Below are positions 39,389-49,330 of a stretch of 64,000 nt of DNA, piece by piece. Made by a program: the position numbers and the translations under genes. Each line of letters begins with the position of its first letter. Positions within the stretch are counted from its first letter, which is position 1. The notes beneath the pieces are model-generated. The model searched no databases. It was given only the letters and a program-made list of their open reading frames with translations, and was not told the DNA's origin. Origin of the DNA: a virus; the IMG/VR virus record IMGVR_UViG_3300033388_005371, positions 7,025 through 71,024 of that record, one strand, 5' to 3'.

Positions 39389-41890
39389 ATGAAGAGGGAT
39401 ATAACACCTAAAGTTAAATTAATCATGAAAAATGCCTTTGCTGAAGCAAAGGCTTTTGACGATACCAAACTTAGGCCAGAACACATCATGATAGCTATAT
39501 TAAATCATGATAATAATAAATGTGTTAGTATTTTAAGAGATATGAATGTTGATTTATTAAATTTATACGATAAAATAAGTGAACATTTAAAAGGTGTTGA
39601 TATAACACCTAGAATTACAATGACAAAAAGAAAATTACCACCTAGTGATGTCACAGCTGAAATTTTTAAAACTGTCGATTTAGTGTGCGATGAGTTGGGT
39701 CACTCATCTATCGACACCAGACACGTTATGTTAGCGATTTTAGAAAACGACACACCAACGACCAACATACTAAATAATATAGGTATTAATTACAAAAATT
39801 ATAAAAAAGAAATTATGAATGAAAATGAAAATATAAAAGGTACGTTCGATGAGTTTGAAGATGATATAAACGACACACCTAAAAAGTCTAATAACAAAAA
39901 AAAGAAAAAGGTTAATAGTAAAACCCCAGTACTAGATAACTTTTGTAGAGATGTATCTAAATCTGCTGAGGACGGTTTAATTGACCCAGTAGTTGGTAGA
40001 AAGTCAGAAATACAAAGGGTTTCCACCATCCTTTCTAGGAGAAAAAAAAATAACCCAGTATTGATTGGTGAACCAGGTGTTGGTAAAACATCTATAGTTG
40101 AGGGTTTAGCCTCATTAATTAAAGATAAAAAAGCACCTAGGGTTTTATTAAAAAAAAGAGTCTTATCATTAGATTTACCATCAATAGTTGCAGGAACAAA
40201 GTATCGTGGGCAATTTGAAGAAAGAATGAAAGCTATATTAGAAGAACTTAGAGCTAACTCAGATGTTATTTTATTTATTGATGAGTTACACACAATGGTT
40301 GGTGCTGGTAATGCTAGTGGGTCACTAGACGCATCCAACATACTTAAACCAGCATTAGCCAGAGGTGAAATACAAGTGATTGGTGCAACCACATTGGATG
40401 AATATAGGGAAAATATTGAAAAAGATGGTGCACTTAAAAGGAGATTTCAAGAAGTATTAGTTGAAGAACCCACTAATGAGGAAACTAAAGAAATACTTAT
40501 CAATATTAAAGATAAATATGAGGAACACCACAAGGTAAGATACACTAATGAATCGATTGAAGAATGTGTGAAGATGGCTGATAGATATATTTCAGATAGG
40601 GCCATGCCAGATAAAGCAATAGATATACTTGATGAAGCTGGTGCAATTACTAACGTAAACATTGATGTCCCAGAAAATATTAAAAAACTTGAAGCTCAAA
40701 GAGAACAGATTGAAGAACAAAAAATACTTGTTGTTTCAAAACAACAATATGAGAAAGCAGCGAAACTTAGGGATAGTGAGGTGAAAATTGAGGAATCACT
40801 TGAAAAAGCTAAGAAACAATGGATTGATACACTAGATAAAGAACCCACACTAATTACTACTGATTTAATTTCAGAAGTTGTATCCAACATGACTGGTATC
40901 CCACTTAACAAAGTATCTACTGAAGACACTAAACATTTAGCAAATATGATTGAAGATTTAACTGGTACGGTTATCGGTCAAGACGATGCTGTTGAAAAGG
41001 TTAGTAAAGCAGTCAAAAGGAGTAGACTTGGCATTAGAAAAGGTGGGAAACCTATTGGTTCATTTATATTTCTAGGACCAACTGGTGTAGGAAAGACATA
41101 CCTTGCCAAACTATTATCAGAATACGTATTCGGTGATAAAGAATCAATGGTTAGAATTGACATGTCAGAATACATGGAAAAATTCTCAGTATCTAGATTG
41201 ATAGGTGCACCTCCAGGGTATGTGGGTTATGAAGAAGGTGGTAAATTAACGGAAGCAATTCGTAGAAAACCTTACTCAGTAGTACTTTTTGATGAAATTG
41301 AGAAGGCACACCCAGACGTGTTTAACTTATTATTACAATTATTAGATGAAGGCCAATTAACTGATTCATTGGGTCGTAAAATTGACTTCAAAAACACGAT
41401 GATTATTATGACATCAAATGTTGGTGTTAAAGAAATGAATAGTTTTGGTTCAGCTGTCGGATTCTCAACTGGTGACACCTTAGCTAAGGAAGAAAAAAGG
41501 TCCCACACTATTCTAGAAAAAGCACTTAAGAAAAAATTTCCACCAGAATTTCTTAACCGTTTAGATGATACAATAATTTTCAACTCATTAAGTGAAAAAG
41601 ATATTCAACAAATTATTGAACTTGAGATGACTGATGTTGAAGCTAGAATGTTTGAACTTGGTTACAAAGTTAAGTTGGATAAAAAAGGTATGGAATATAT
41701 AGCCAAACAAGGTTATGAACCAGAATTTGGGGCTAGACCATTAAGTAGAGCGATTCAAAGGTATGTTGAAGACCCAATAGCTGACGAAGTAATTAAGGGA
41801 AATATTAAAGAGGGGGATACAATCAAAATAACTTACAGTAAAGCTAAAGATAATATGGTTATTAAAGTAACCAACCCCAATAAAAATTAA
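39389..41890 (+). CDS. clpC: ClpC-like Hsp100 AAA+ ATPase
   Basis: Clp N-domain, GEPGVGKT, FIDELH, UVR-like QQYEKAAKLRD, GPTGVGKT, RIDMSEYME, VGF loop, GARPL. Confidence 0.92.
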   Translation: MKRDITPKVKLIMKNAFAEAKAFDDTKLRPEHIMIAILNHDNNKCVSILRDMNVDLLNLYDKISEHLKGVDITPRITMTKRKLPPSDVTAEIFKTVDLVCDELGHSSIDTRHVMLAILENDTPTTNILNNIGINYKNYKKEIMNENENIKGTFDEFEDDINDTPKKSNNKKKKKVNSKTPVLDNFCRDVSKSAEDGLIDPVVGRKSEIQRVSTILSRRKKNNPVLIGEPGVGKTSIVEGLASLIKDKKAPRVLLKKRVLSLDLPSIVAGTKYRGQFEERMKAILEELRANSDVILFIDELHTMVGAGNASGSLDASNILKPALARGEIQVIGATTLDEYRENIEKDGALKRRFQEVLVEEPTNEETKEILINIKDKYEEHHKVRYTNESIEECVKMADRYISDRAMPDKAIDILDEAGAITNVNIDVPENIKKLEAQREQIEEQKILVVSKQQYEKAAKLRDSEVKIEESLEKAKKQWIDTLDKEPTLITTDLISEVVSNMTGIPLNKVSTEDTKHLANMIEDLTGTVIGQDDAVEKVSKAVKRSRLGIRKGGKPIGSFIFLGPTGVGKTYLAKLLSEYVFGDKESMVRIDMSEYMEKFSVSRLIGAPPGYVGYEEGGKLTEAIRRKPYSVVLFDEIEKAHPDVFNLLLQLLDEGQLTDSLGRKIDFKNTMIIMTSNVGVKEMNSFGSAVGFSTGDTLAKEEKRSHTILEKALKKKFPPEFLNRLDDTIIFNSLSEKDIQQIIELEMTDVEARMFELGYKVKLDKKGMEYIAKQGYEPEFGARPLSRAIQRYVEDPIADEVIKGNIKEGDTIKITYSKAKDNMVIKVTNPNKN

Positions 41891-41930
41891 TACCATTAAT
41901 AAATAAGTTTATTGGTAATTAAATTAAAAA

Positions 41931-41954
41931 TAAAAGCGACTTAAGTCGCTTTTA
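41931..41954 (+). terminator. Rho-independent terminator
   Basis: taaaagcgact-ta-agtcgctttta. Confidence 0.7.
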
Positions 41955-41970
41955 TTGTATATTTATATTT

Positions 41971-42681
41971 ATGATTAAAAGTATTTTAAAATCAAAGTAT
42001 GGTGAGTATTTAGAATCCATAGATATCTATGAGAATAAAACTAGTTTAATTCTTTCTAGAATCATTATTAAAGATAAGTTTAAAGGTGAAGGTATTGGTA
42101 GTAAACTAATGAGTGACTTAATCGATTACGCCGAAAGTAATGACCAAATAATTGCACTAACCCCATCATCTGACTTTGGTGGTAACAAAAATAGGTTAGT
42201 TCAGTTTTACAAGAGATTCGGATTCAAACACAACAAAGGGGTTCATAAAAGTTATGAATTTACTCACACAATGATAAGATACCCCAGTTTAAGTGAAAAT
42301 ATGGAGACAATTAAGGAAACGAAACAAAAACAATTAATTAGAAAATTAATTAGGGAAAACATTAATTTAAATGTTACTGATGAAACACCAGATACAATAA
42401 CATACGACATTTATTATAAAGAAAGACCAGCTGGTTCAATTACTACAGGTCCAGCACCAGAATCATTGGGTGAATATACTGAAGAAATAGTGAGTTTATA
42501 TTTAGAAGATGAGTATACCAGCATCAATGTGGCAAATCAAGCTGTAAAAGCATTATGGAACGCTCATAAGGACATCAATAGGTTCGTTATAAACATTCCA
42601 TATACCAGTCATTTATTTTGGGAGAAACTAGGTTTCCAAAGGCTAAATGATTCCTTTCACATGTTAATGAGGGGCCACTAA
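41971..42681 (+). CDS. Tandem GNAT-fold acetyltransferase
   Basis: KGEGIGSKLM...LVQFYKRFGF, then a second degenerate GNAT ending FWEKLGF. Confidence 0.75.
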   Translation: MIKSILKSKYGEYLESIDIYENKTSLILSRIIIKDKFKGEGIGSKLMSDLIDYAESNDQIIALTPSSDFGGNKNRLVQFYKRFGFKHNKGVHKSYEFTHTMIRYPSLSENMETIKETKQKQLIRKLIRENINLNVTDETPDTITYDIYYKERPAGSITTGPAPESLGEYTEEIVSLYLEDEYTSINVANQAVKALWNAHKDINRFVINIPYTSHLFWEKLGFQRLNDSFHMLMRGH

Positions 42682-43460
42682 TTAGCCACTAAAAGTTTTG
42701 ACTGTATCCCTTTAATGTATTTGTGTTGATTTATATCACCACCATTGGCAATATATTTGTTAGCACCACTACTACCCATATTGTAAGAAACAAGTTGAGT
42801 TGTAATATCACCTATTTTATCTAAGTTACGTTTAGTAATGAATCCCCACATAATTATGTTGTTGGTGACATCACTTAACCATTCTCTAGTTTTAACTATC
42901 TTTTGAGAATTACTTAAAGTATCTGCAAATGCAAATGAGAAATCACCAGCACCTAAAATCCCCATAACTTTAATATCGGCTGTGTCAGCATGTTTACGCA
43001 TATAACCTAAAGCGGTAGAAGGCATAATCTGACATAAACCAATACATCCAGCTGAACTAACAACTAAATCACCATTAGACCTATATTGCTTAGCCCCAGA
43101 TTCAAGTAAAATTTGTCCACTATACATTTCCCTATGTTTATCAGTTTTATCTAATCCATAAGTATTCATAACATCAACAAATTTTTTTACCGTTACTGAA
43201 TCAATATTTTTGTTAAACACTTTAAATTTAGGAAACACATAATTAAAATTACTATCTATAATAATTTTAATTGAATCAATAACTTCCACATTGTGAACCA
43301 CATTAGTATCAATAACTAATGAATCATTTAGGTTATTTAAAACAACAAAATCTTTAGGATTATTTGGACCCTTAAGTGCAACACTTAATAAAGTCACTAA
43401 TACAATATTTACACAACCACCCAGTAACACCAAAAGTGTTCTTAATATATCTTTATTCAT
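42678..43460 (-). CDS. Membrane-anchored lytic transglycosylase (SLT family)
   Basis: N-terminal TM helix; QILLESG (catalytic Glu), SSAGCIGLCQIMPSTA, SYNMG. Confidence 0.85.
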   Translation of the reverse strand: MNKDILRTLLVLLGGCVNIVLVTLLSVALKGPNNPKDFVVLNNLNDSLVIDTNVVHNVEVIDSIKIIIDSNFNYVFPKFKVFNKNIDSVTVKKFVDVMNTYGLDKTDKHREMYSGQILLESGAKQYRSNGDLVVSSAGCIGLCQIMPSTALGYMRKHADTADIKVMGILGAGDFSFAFADTLSNSQKIVKTREWLSDVTNNIIMWGFITKRNLDKIGDITTQLVSYNMGSSGANKYIANGGDINQHKYIKGIQSKLLVAN

Positions 43461-43501
43461 AACAAACTTATTATTTTAACAACAAATATACAGTTAATAA
43501 A

Positions 43502-43927
43502 TCACTTTTCAAAATTGTTACCAATATATTCATAACTGAAACAAACTCGTTTGTTATCACCATAATGATTTTTAAAGACATTTAAATGATTTATATCAGT
43601 CCTTAATTTCCTATTCTTACTAGTTGCTTTCCATAATGGTGAGTGTTGCATATAGTAACCCATTCTTGGGTGAGCACTTTTAGAAAAAAATCGTTTTCCA
43701 TCGTCTAAATAAATTTGTGCAATTGCATCTATGAATTTAACACCAATACCTAACCCTTGATAATCTGGAAGCACAACAACACGATGTCCACGCCAAGCAT
43801 TTTTTAAATAACCACTAGGCATTGCAATTGTTGCCAGAAATCCCACAACATTACTACCCCATGTGGCCACATAACACCTAGTTGGCCCGTGTAAGTCCCC
43901 CCTTAAATAGTGATGGTCTTTAAACAT
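43502..43927 (-). CDS. Mom-like GNAT domain (C-terminal half of the frameshifted ABC-GNAT)
   Basis: FKDHHYL, RVVVLPDYQGLGIG, HP; the frame is open upstream to the U9 run (RPEINIEI...W). Confidence 0.8.
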   Translation of the reverse strand: MFKDHHYLRGDLHGPTRCYVATWGSNVVGFLATIAMPSGYLKNAWRGHRVVVLPDYQGLGIGVKFIDAIAQIYLDDGKRFFSKSAHPRMGYYMQHSPLWKATSKNRKLRTDINHLNVFKNHYGDNKRVCFSYEYIGNNFEK

Positions 43928-44592
43928 GGGCCAGATATTGCGATTTGCTTTATGTATTTCGATATTGATTTCTGGTCGGACAAAAAAAAACCATCATAGA
44001 CTTCTCCACTATCAGTATTAATCACCCAATCTGGTTCCAACCAGTCTAAAACATCTTCATGGCAGGTGACAATCACCACATTTTTAATATTGTTCTTTTT
44101 AATATACTTGGATAATGACACTGAGGCTGCTTTAGCTACGTTCCTATCCACTACCGATGTAAATTCATCTATGACTGCCCCATCTTTTATTTTTCTAGCT
44201 AAATCAGCCCTAAATTTCTCACCATTAGATAACACATGGTATGGTTTATACCAATTGGGTACCGTATTTAATCCAACAGCACTTAATTTATTAATCCCAT
44301 CATCTGGGTCATCGAAATGTGATATGATTGATTTATTTGGGTCCCATGTTGGATAAATTTCTTGACCAAATTCTTGCATAAGGGTTGTCTTACCAGAACC
44401 AGAAGACCCAACAATAACGCCTACACTAAAATTTTTAGGTAATTTTTTAGGTTTAAGCCAAGGATAGTACTTAGAAGTCCCATCAAATATACAATCGAAT
44501 GCTTTTTCAGAAGCTTCAATATATTTATCCTTATTTACCGAAGATGTTATAGGTGTTTTATTCTTAATTAATTTTTCGATTAATCTATCCAT
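43903..44592 (-). CDS. Soluble ABC-type ATPase (N-terminal half)
   Basis: GSSGSGKT, LSNGEKFRADLA signature, IDEFTSVVDR, VTCH. Confidence 0.85.
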   Translation of the reverse strand: MDRLIEKLIKNKTPITSSVNKDKYIEASEKAFDCIFDGTSKYYPWLKPKKLPKNFSVGVIVGSSGSGKTTLMQEFGQEIYPTWDPNKSIISHFDDPDDGINKLSAVGLNTVPNWYKPYHVLSNGEKFRADLARKIKDGAVIDEFTSVVDRNVAKAASVSLSKYIKKNNIKNVVIVTCHEDVLDWLEPDWVINTDSGEVYDGFFLSDQKSISKYIKQIAISGPCLKTITI

Positions 44593-44629
44593 AAAATAAA
44601 CCTACACCCTCATAGTTTAAAGTAAACGT

Positions 44630-44661
44630 TTTGGTTTTTAAAAATATTAACCATATATTTG
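44630..44661 (+). promoter_or_regulatory. Bacteroidota-type promoter
   Basis: TTTG-N20-TATATTTG upstream of ATG 44689. Confidence 0.7.
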
Positions 44662-44688
44662 TGGTAAATAAAAAAAAATATTAAAACT

Positions 44689-45101
44689 ATGGCAGGTATA
44701 AAGAACAAACCCGTATATTTATACGGTAAAAAAGGAAATTTTATCAGGGAATTTAAAAATTCAGTAGAATTTTGTAAAATTTTTGGATTTAATAAAAACT
44801 TTTTTGCTGTAAAAAATTCAAGAAAATAGCGAGTTTAAAAAAGATTGGTAGGGATGGAGTGCTAAAATTTCTTAAAAGGACACATAGCCCTTATGTAGGG
44901 ACAGGTAAAGCAGTTTCTAACACTAAGTATAAAAAAAGTGGTGATGGTGAAGTAAAACTATTTGATTTAGATGGAGATGAAATGGCAACTTTTAGAGATT
45001 TATTTACAGCTAAGGCACTTTTACCTAAATATGCTCAATCTTTTTCTGCAAGGGTAAAAACCACAGATAGTGGTATAAAAATAGTTTATTTAAAAAAGTA
45101 A
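44689..45101 (+). pseudogene. NUMOD1-like protein split by a -1 frame break (44689..44829 plus the 44859..45101 frame)
   Basis: KPVYLYGKKGNFIREFKNS in frame 1 and EVKLFDLDGDEMATF in the -1 frame; the frames overlap at GTA AAA AAT. Confidence 0.45.
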
Positions 45102-45199
45102 ATAACTATGGTATTAACAAAAAACAAAAAAAAGTGAATTACACAACAATAGCTGGTCACAACGCAACCAGCTATTATTAAGGTATTTTATGGGTACAA

Positions 45200-45394
45200 C
45201 TACTTAGTTGACTCAGTAAGTCTATTAATCTTTGATTCTAAATCTTTAATTCTAGACTCAAGAATAGCACTACCTTCTTTGGTTGCATTTTCAGCAATCC
45301 ATTCTTTTTTCTTTTCTGCTACAGCTTCTGTAACTATGTTGTCAATTAATTCAACCAACTCTGCTTCTGCAATTTTTACAATTTTCTTAGACAT
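45200..45394 (-). CDS. Small protein with a KIVKIxExEL...IVTE motif, putative head-packaged
   Basis: Late motif at 45430; hairpin terminator at 45148-45177. Confidence 0.6.
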   Translation of the reverse strand: MSKKIVKIAEAELVELIDNIVTEAVAEKKKEWIAENATKEGSAILESRIKDLESKINRLTESTK

Positions 45395-45456
45395 GTTTTA
45401 ACGTTTAAAATATATTTTATTAGTCTAATAATAAATATGTACAAAAATGTTAAAGT

Positions 45457-46137
45457 GTGGATTTTGGTAATATTTATCATAAAATGACTATGATGAAATT
45501 ACATAATGATTGGATTATAAATGGGGTGCTTGACATAGAGTACAAACAATATGAGTTATTAACATATTTACAAAAAATAGAAAAAAAATTTGATAATTTA
45601 AAACTTTACCCTTATTTTTCTGACTTAACTAAACATTATGTTGATTTACTAGAATACAAAAAAACTAAAAAAAAGTTAATAAAAAAAATAATTTATGAAA
45701 ACCTAACCATTAATGATGGTTACATTTTAAATATTGATAATTTAATCGATTTTTCATTAATAGAGTTAAGAAAAAAAATAAATTTAGGTAAATTTATTTA
45801 TGATGAGGTTGAAAAATGTGTTGACATAGTGGGGATTGGACCAACGTCAGTTGTGAATGACAAAGGTTACTTTATAATCCATGATGAAACTATTGATGTT
45901 TATGGATATGAATTAAATCCACTAAACCATATTAAAACAAAAATAATTAGGTCCTACCCTAATGATTATCATTTTAGTTATGAAAATATAAGAATGGATT
46001 TAATTTGTGATTCACAAATTATTAATCCACCAACATTTCTTATTGATACACCAATAAAATACCCAATAAAAGAAACACTAATACCAATAACAAAAATACT
46101 TTTGGTTAAAGAACTTTCTCAACCAAAAATATTTTAA
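45457..46137 (+). CDS. Hypothetical protein (true start probably ATG near 45484-45493)
   Basis: DW...DIEYKQYELLTYLQ...LYPYFSDL. Confidence 0.55.
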   Translation: MDFGNIYHKMTMMKLHNDWIINGVLDIEYKQYELLTYLQKIEKKFDNLKLYPYFSDLTKHYVDLLEYKKTKKKLIKKIIYENLTINDGYILNIDNLIDFSLIELRKKINLGKFIYDEVEKCVDIVGIGPTSVVNDKGYFIIHDETIDVYGYELNPLNHIKTKIIRSYPNDYHFSYENIRMDLICDSQIINPPTFLIDTPIKYPIKETLIPITKILLVKELSQPKIF

Positions 46138-46258
46138 GTAATTGTTTTTTTTTCAAATTTTTCATTTTTGCAAAGTATGATATTGCATCATCAACACACG
46201 TTGCGTTAATTTTTTTAATGATTTCACCATTAAATAGTTTTAATACATATTCTCCCAT
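46106..46258 (-). CDS. Small hypothetical protein (start trimmed to MGEYV)
   Basis: The longer track ORF overlaps the YkuK-like gene. Confidence 0.4.
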   Translation of the reverse strand: MGEYVLKLFNGEIIKKINATCVDDAISYFAKMKNLKKKQLLKIFLVEKVL

Positions 46259-46307
46259 ATATGAAATATATATGATTATACACAAAAGTCCAAAGATTAT
46301 GATGTAT

Positions 46308-46883
46308 TTATTTACACATTTTATCAGCACCTTTAGAAGCCGCATACGCATCGGGCTTTATTTTAGCATCCCAACCCATACCCTTAATATAACCTAAAGC
46401 CTCACTCATTGCAACATTAGAATCATACCTTGGGTCCTGATTTATATCAGCATGAATCTCCATAGTTACACCATATAAATCTAAAAGAGGCCATATTTCA
46501 TAACCAACAGCGATAGAACTACTAACCTCCTTAAGCATTCTTTGGTTAATAACCTCCTTCTCCCTATGCTTCTTTTTGTTCGTTGAAGCTTTCATTTCTT
46601 CCCAGAATGTGGTACCTAAAACCATCGCACCCCTACCAGCATAAACATCAACTTTTTCTTTTGAACCATCCCATTTTTTTTTATATTCAATACCCATATA
46701 CTCACTAGTTTCAATTACAATAGCAGTTGCAAATTTATAACCAGCACCAGCCTTTTGTGAATCAGTACCAATACATACTTTAAATTCAAAACCTTTTGCT
46801 ATTTCTTTTGTAAATAAGTCTTCTAAATATTCTAATAGTGGTTTATCTATTTTACCACTATTTACTCTTTTCCATGTAGTCAT
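46308..46883 (-). CDS. RNase H-like YkuK family protein
   Basis: VCIGTDSQ, FATAIVI, RMLKEV, EIHADIN, KPDAYAASKGADK. Confidence 0.85.
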   Translation of the reverse strand: MTTWKRVNSGKIDKPLLEYLEDLFTKEIAKGFEFKVCIGTDSQKAGAGYKFATAIVIETSEYMGIEYKKKWDGSKEKVDVYAGRGAMVLGTTFWEEMKASTNKKKHREKEVINQRMLKEVSSSIAVGYEIWPLLDLYGVTMEIHADINQDPRYDSNVAMSEALGYIKGMGWDAKIKPDAYAASKGADKMCK

Positions 46884-46973
46884 AGTTATTTTATTTTAAT
46901 AGTTTTTTAATTTAATAACAAAACCCTCCTATAATAGGAGGGATTTACTAATACCATATTTAATTTAAAACAT

Positions 46974-48440
46974 TTAATCAATGTTGTTTTTAAATTTAAC
47001 ATTAGGTAATAATTTTTTTAATTTATTATAATTTTCATCCCCTATCTCGTCTTTTTTTACAGAAACACCATAAAGGTTACCCCCCATACTTGAATCCAGA
47101 TAACAAATTTCATCTGAAATATCATTAATATTATTACCGAGTAAATTAATATAAACTAAATTTTTACACTTACCAATCTCTTTAGGTATTGAAGTAAGTC
47201 TATTATTAGGTACTGACAAAACTTCAAGCTCTGGTAAAGTAAACATACTCGGTGTTAGTTCACATAAACCTAATTCTGCTAAAAATATAAATTTTGTTTT
47301 TCTAAATCTAGATAAATCTGGTAGTTTAGGTATATCTACTTGTTTAAACCTAATCGTTGGTTGGTCTTTGTCAAGTAAATCAAACAATATATTTGTAAAA
47401 CCAAAACTAATTAAGTACTTAATATAAGGATTATCATTAGTCGAACCAACAAATTCTGATGCGTGTGGACTTAACTCCTCATAGAAAAAATCACCTAATA
47501 CCTCAGATTTTGAAATAATATCATTATAAATATTTATGTTTGGACCATTACTCCTATCTCTTAATTGGTTACTCTCAAAATGTATTTGACACATAAGATT
47601 GTTAGGGATGTCATCTTCAACGAATTCACCATTTAAAAATTTGTTATCTATAATAATATATATTTTAGACTTATCACCACTTGGTGTTTTACGATTAGTA
47701 TAATTATCAAACATACCGTTATTTGGTTTAGCTGTACACCAACTAGCAACACTATCAAATAACACACTAGCATCCCTAGTAAGTGGAATATATAATGTGA
47801 AATTTCTATCTCTAACTGGTATTAATGCTTGACCAGCATCAACAAATCTTTGCATATTTCTCTCAAACCCACTTAAATCTCTTTCAATAAATGGGTCAAC
47901 AGCAACAAACAATTGCGATAAGTCTTCATATTGATTAATATTTGTTGGGTCACTAATATTTTTAAGTGTGAAGTTAGAGGTACATAATTCATTAAATAAT
48001 CGTTTACGTTTATTAGTATCAAATAACTTCAAATACATATTTGCTTGAGGCAAATCCTCAGCCCCAAACCTAATTGCATCACTATTTTTGCCAGATTTAA
48101 TTAACTTAGTAAACACACTTAACATCCATTGTAAATATATTTTATTTTTAGTTGGGTCGGCAACAACCATTGCTGAAAAAATACCCTCATGAATATGAAC
48201 TTTTTTCTTATAAGAAATTGTCTCAGAACCATTATAAATGGTGGTTTTACTAACCACTGAATCTAATAGACCATAAATAATCTCATTATCCACACCAACC
48301 ATATTACTATTAGAAGTAGTTACTTTAGTTACTTCATGCCCATTTTTAATTATCCCATCAACTAGTCCATCAACTTCATCATCTAAAAAAACGTTATATT
48401 TTTCAGCTAAGAATTTTAATCTATTTTCAATATTAACCAT
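46974..48440 (-). CDS. Protein with a C-terminal leucine-rich repeat
   Basis: ADPT...YLQW...SWCTA...QIHFES, then LPELEVLSVPNNRLTSIPKEIGKCKNLVYINLLGNNI. Confidence 0.75.
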   Translation of the reverse strand: MVNIENRLKFLAEKYNVFLDDEVDGLVDGIIKNGHEVTKVTTSNSNMVGVDNEIIYGLLDSVVSKTTIYNGSETISYKKKVHIHEGIFSAMVVADPTKNKIYLQWMLSVFTKLIKSGKNSDAIRFGAEDLPQANMYLKLFDTNKRKRLFNELCTSNFTLKNISDPTNINQYEDLSQLFVAVDPFIERDLSGFERNMQRFVDAGQALIPVRDRNFTLYIPLTRDASVLFDSVASWCTAKPNNGMFDNYTNRKTPSGDKSKIYIIIDNKFLNGEFVEDDIPNNLMCQIHFESNQLRDRSNGPNINIYNDIISKSEVLGDFFYEELSPHASEFVGSTNDNPYIKYLISFGFTNILFDLLDKDQPTIRFKQVDIPKLPDLSRFRKTKFIFLAELGLCELTPSMFTLPELEVLSVPNNRLTSIPKEIGKCKNLVYINLLGNNINDISDEICYLDSSMGGNLYGVSVKKDEIGDENYNKLKKLLPNVKFKNNID

Positions 48441-48492
48441 AAGTCATAATTTATATGTACTTTACAAATATATGAAAATAATCGTTAATAAC

Positions 48493-48527
48493 AAAAAAAA
48501 ATGTGACTAATAGTCACATTTTTTTTT
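48493..48527. terminator. Bidirectional-type terminator
   Basis: A-tract-tgtgacta-a-tagtcaca-T-tract. Confidence 0.75.
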
Positions 48528-48865
48528 TATTCGTAGAACCTTTTAAATAGGTCATCATTTTTGTATTCCATAAGTTTTCGTGAATAAACACATAATGTTG
48601 TTTTAACATCATTATTTCTATTTATAATGTCCAGTATGATATCGTTAGGGTCTCCACCCCCAGTAAGTCTATACTTAACCTCTTCGAATAAATTAACCCT
48701 ATTTAATGTAATTAATTCACTCATTATTGTTTCATAAGTGTGCCACCTTTCTATGGTCTCTTCGTCAGTGTTAGCTAATGAGTTTTTTATAAATCTGTTA
48801 TACATTTTATCTAGCACATTGTACGTACCAGAACCCGCTTTGATAGTAATATTAGAATTATCCAT
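48527..48865 (-). CDS. Hypothetical protein, paralog of 49331..49681
   Basis: Shared W..Y...I.E...E.xYRLT...DPND...xII. Confidence 0.6.
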   Translation of the reverse strand: MDNSNITIKAGSGTYNVLDKMYNRFIKNSLANTDEETIERWHTYETIMSELITLNRVNLFEEVKYRLTGGGDPNDIILDIINRNNDVKTTLCVYSRKLMEYKNDDLFKRFYE

Positions 48866-49009
48866 GTTACCATAAATTTAACTTTGTTATTTGATTATAA
48901 ATATTAAACTAAACTTAAATATTGAAGCTTTATTAGTTAAAAATCATTTAACCTTGGATAGGATTTAACTAGATAGGATTTATTTAAAAAAAAAATTATG
49001 AGTATAATT

Positions 49010-49213
49010 TTATGATAATTTTTTTAACATTCTTTGAGCTTTCTCAAGTTGCTCAGGTGAACTTAAAATCTTTTCAAAAAGCTCATTCTTTTTATCAACA
49101 AATGTATCAATAGCGTCTAGTTGTTTTTTTGTGAACTTTGACTTTCCTTTAAAAAACTCTTCAGACTTTTCCATTTGTTCTTCAACAATTTTATCTAAAT
49201 TTTTATTTCCCAT
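49010..49213 (-). CDS. Small hypothetical protein
   Basis: 67-aa ORF. Confidence 0.5.
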   Translation of the reverse strand: MGNKNLDKIVEEQMEKSEEFFKGKSKFTKKQLDAIDTFVDKKNELFEKILSSPEQLEKAQRMLKKLS

Positions 49214-49330
49214 AATAGTACAAATTTAATAATTTTTTATTTAACTATGCCTCTTCCTTTTCTTTTAGCTTAATTAATACGAATTGATAACCATTTTTAT
49301 TACCCTTATAATTAAAGTTTTCCCTACTCA

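Noticed and set aside
688-41583. Many antisense or alternate-frame ORFs in the track (e.g. 688..894, 6785..7162, 16937..17398, 22461..22868, 23463..23948, 30602..31012, 39799..40392)
   Set aside because: They lie wholly within well-supported genes and have no motifs; they are shadows of codon bias
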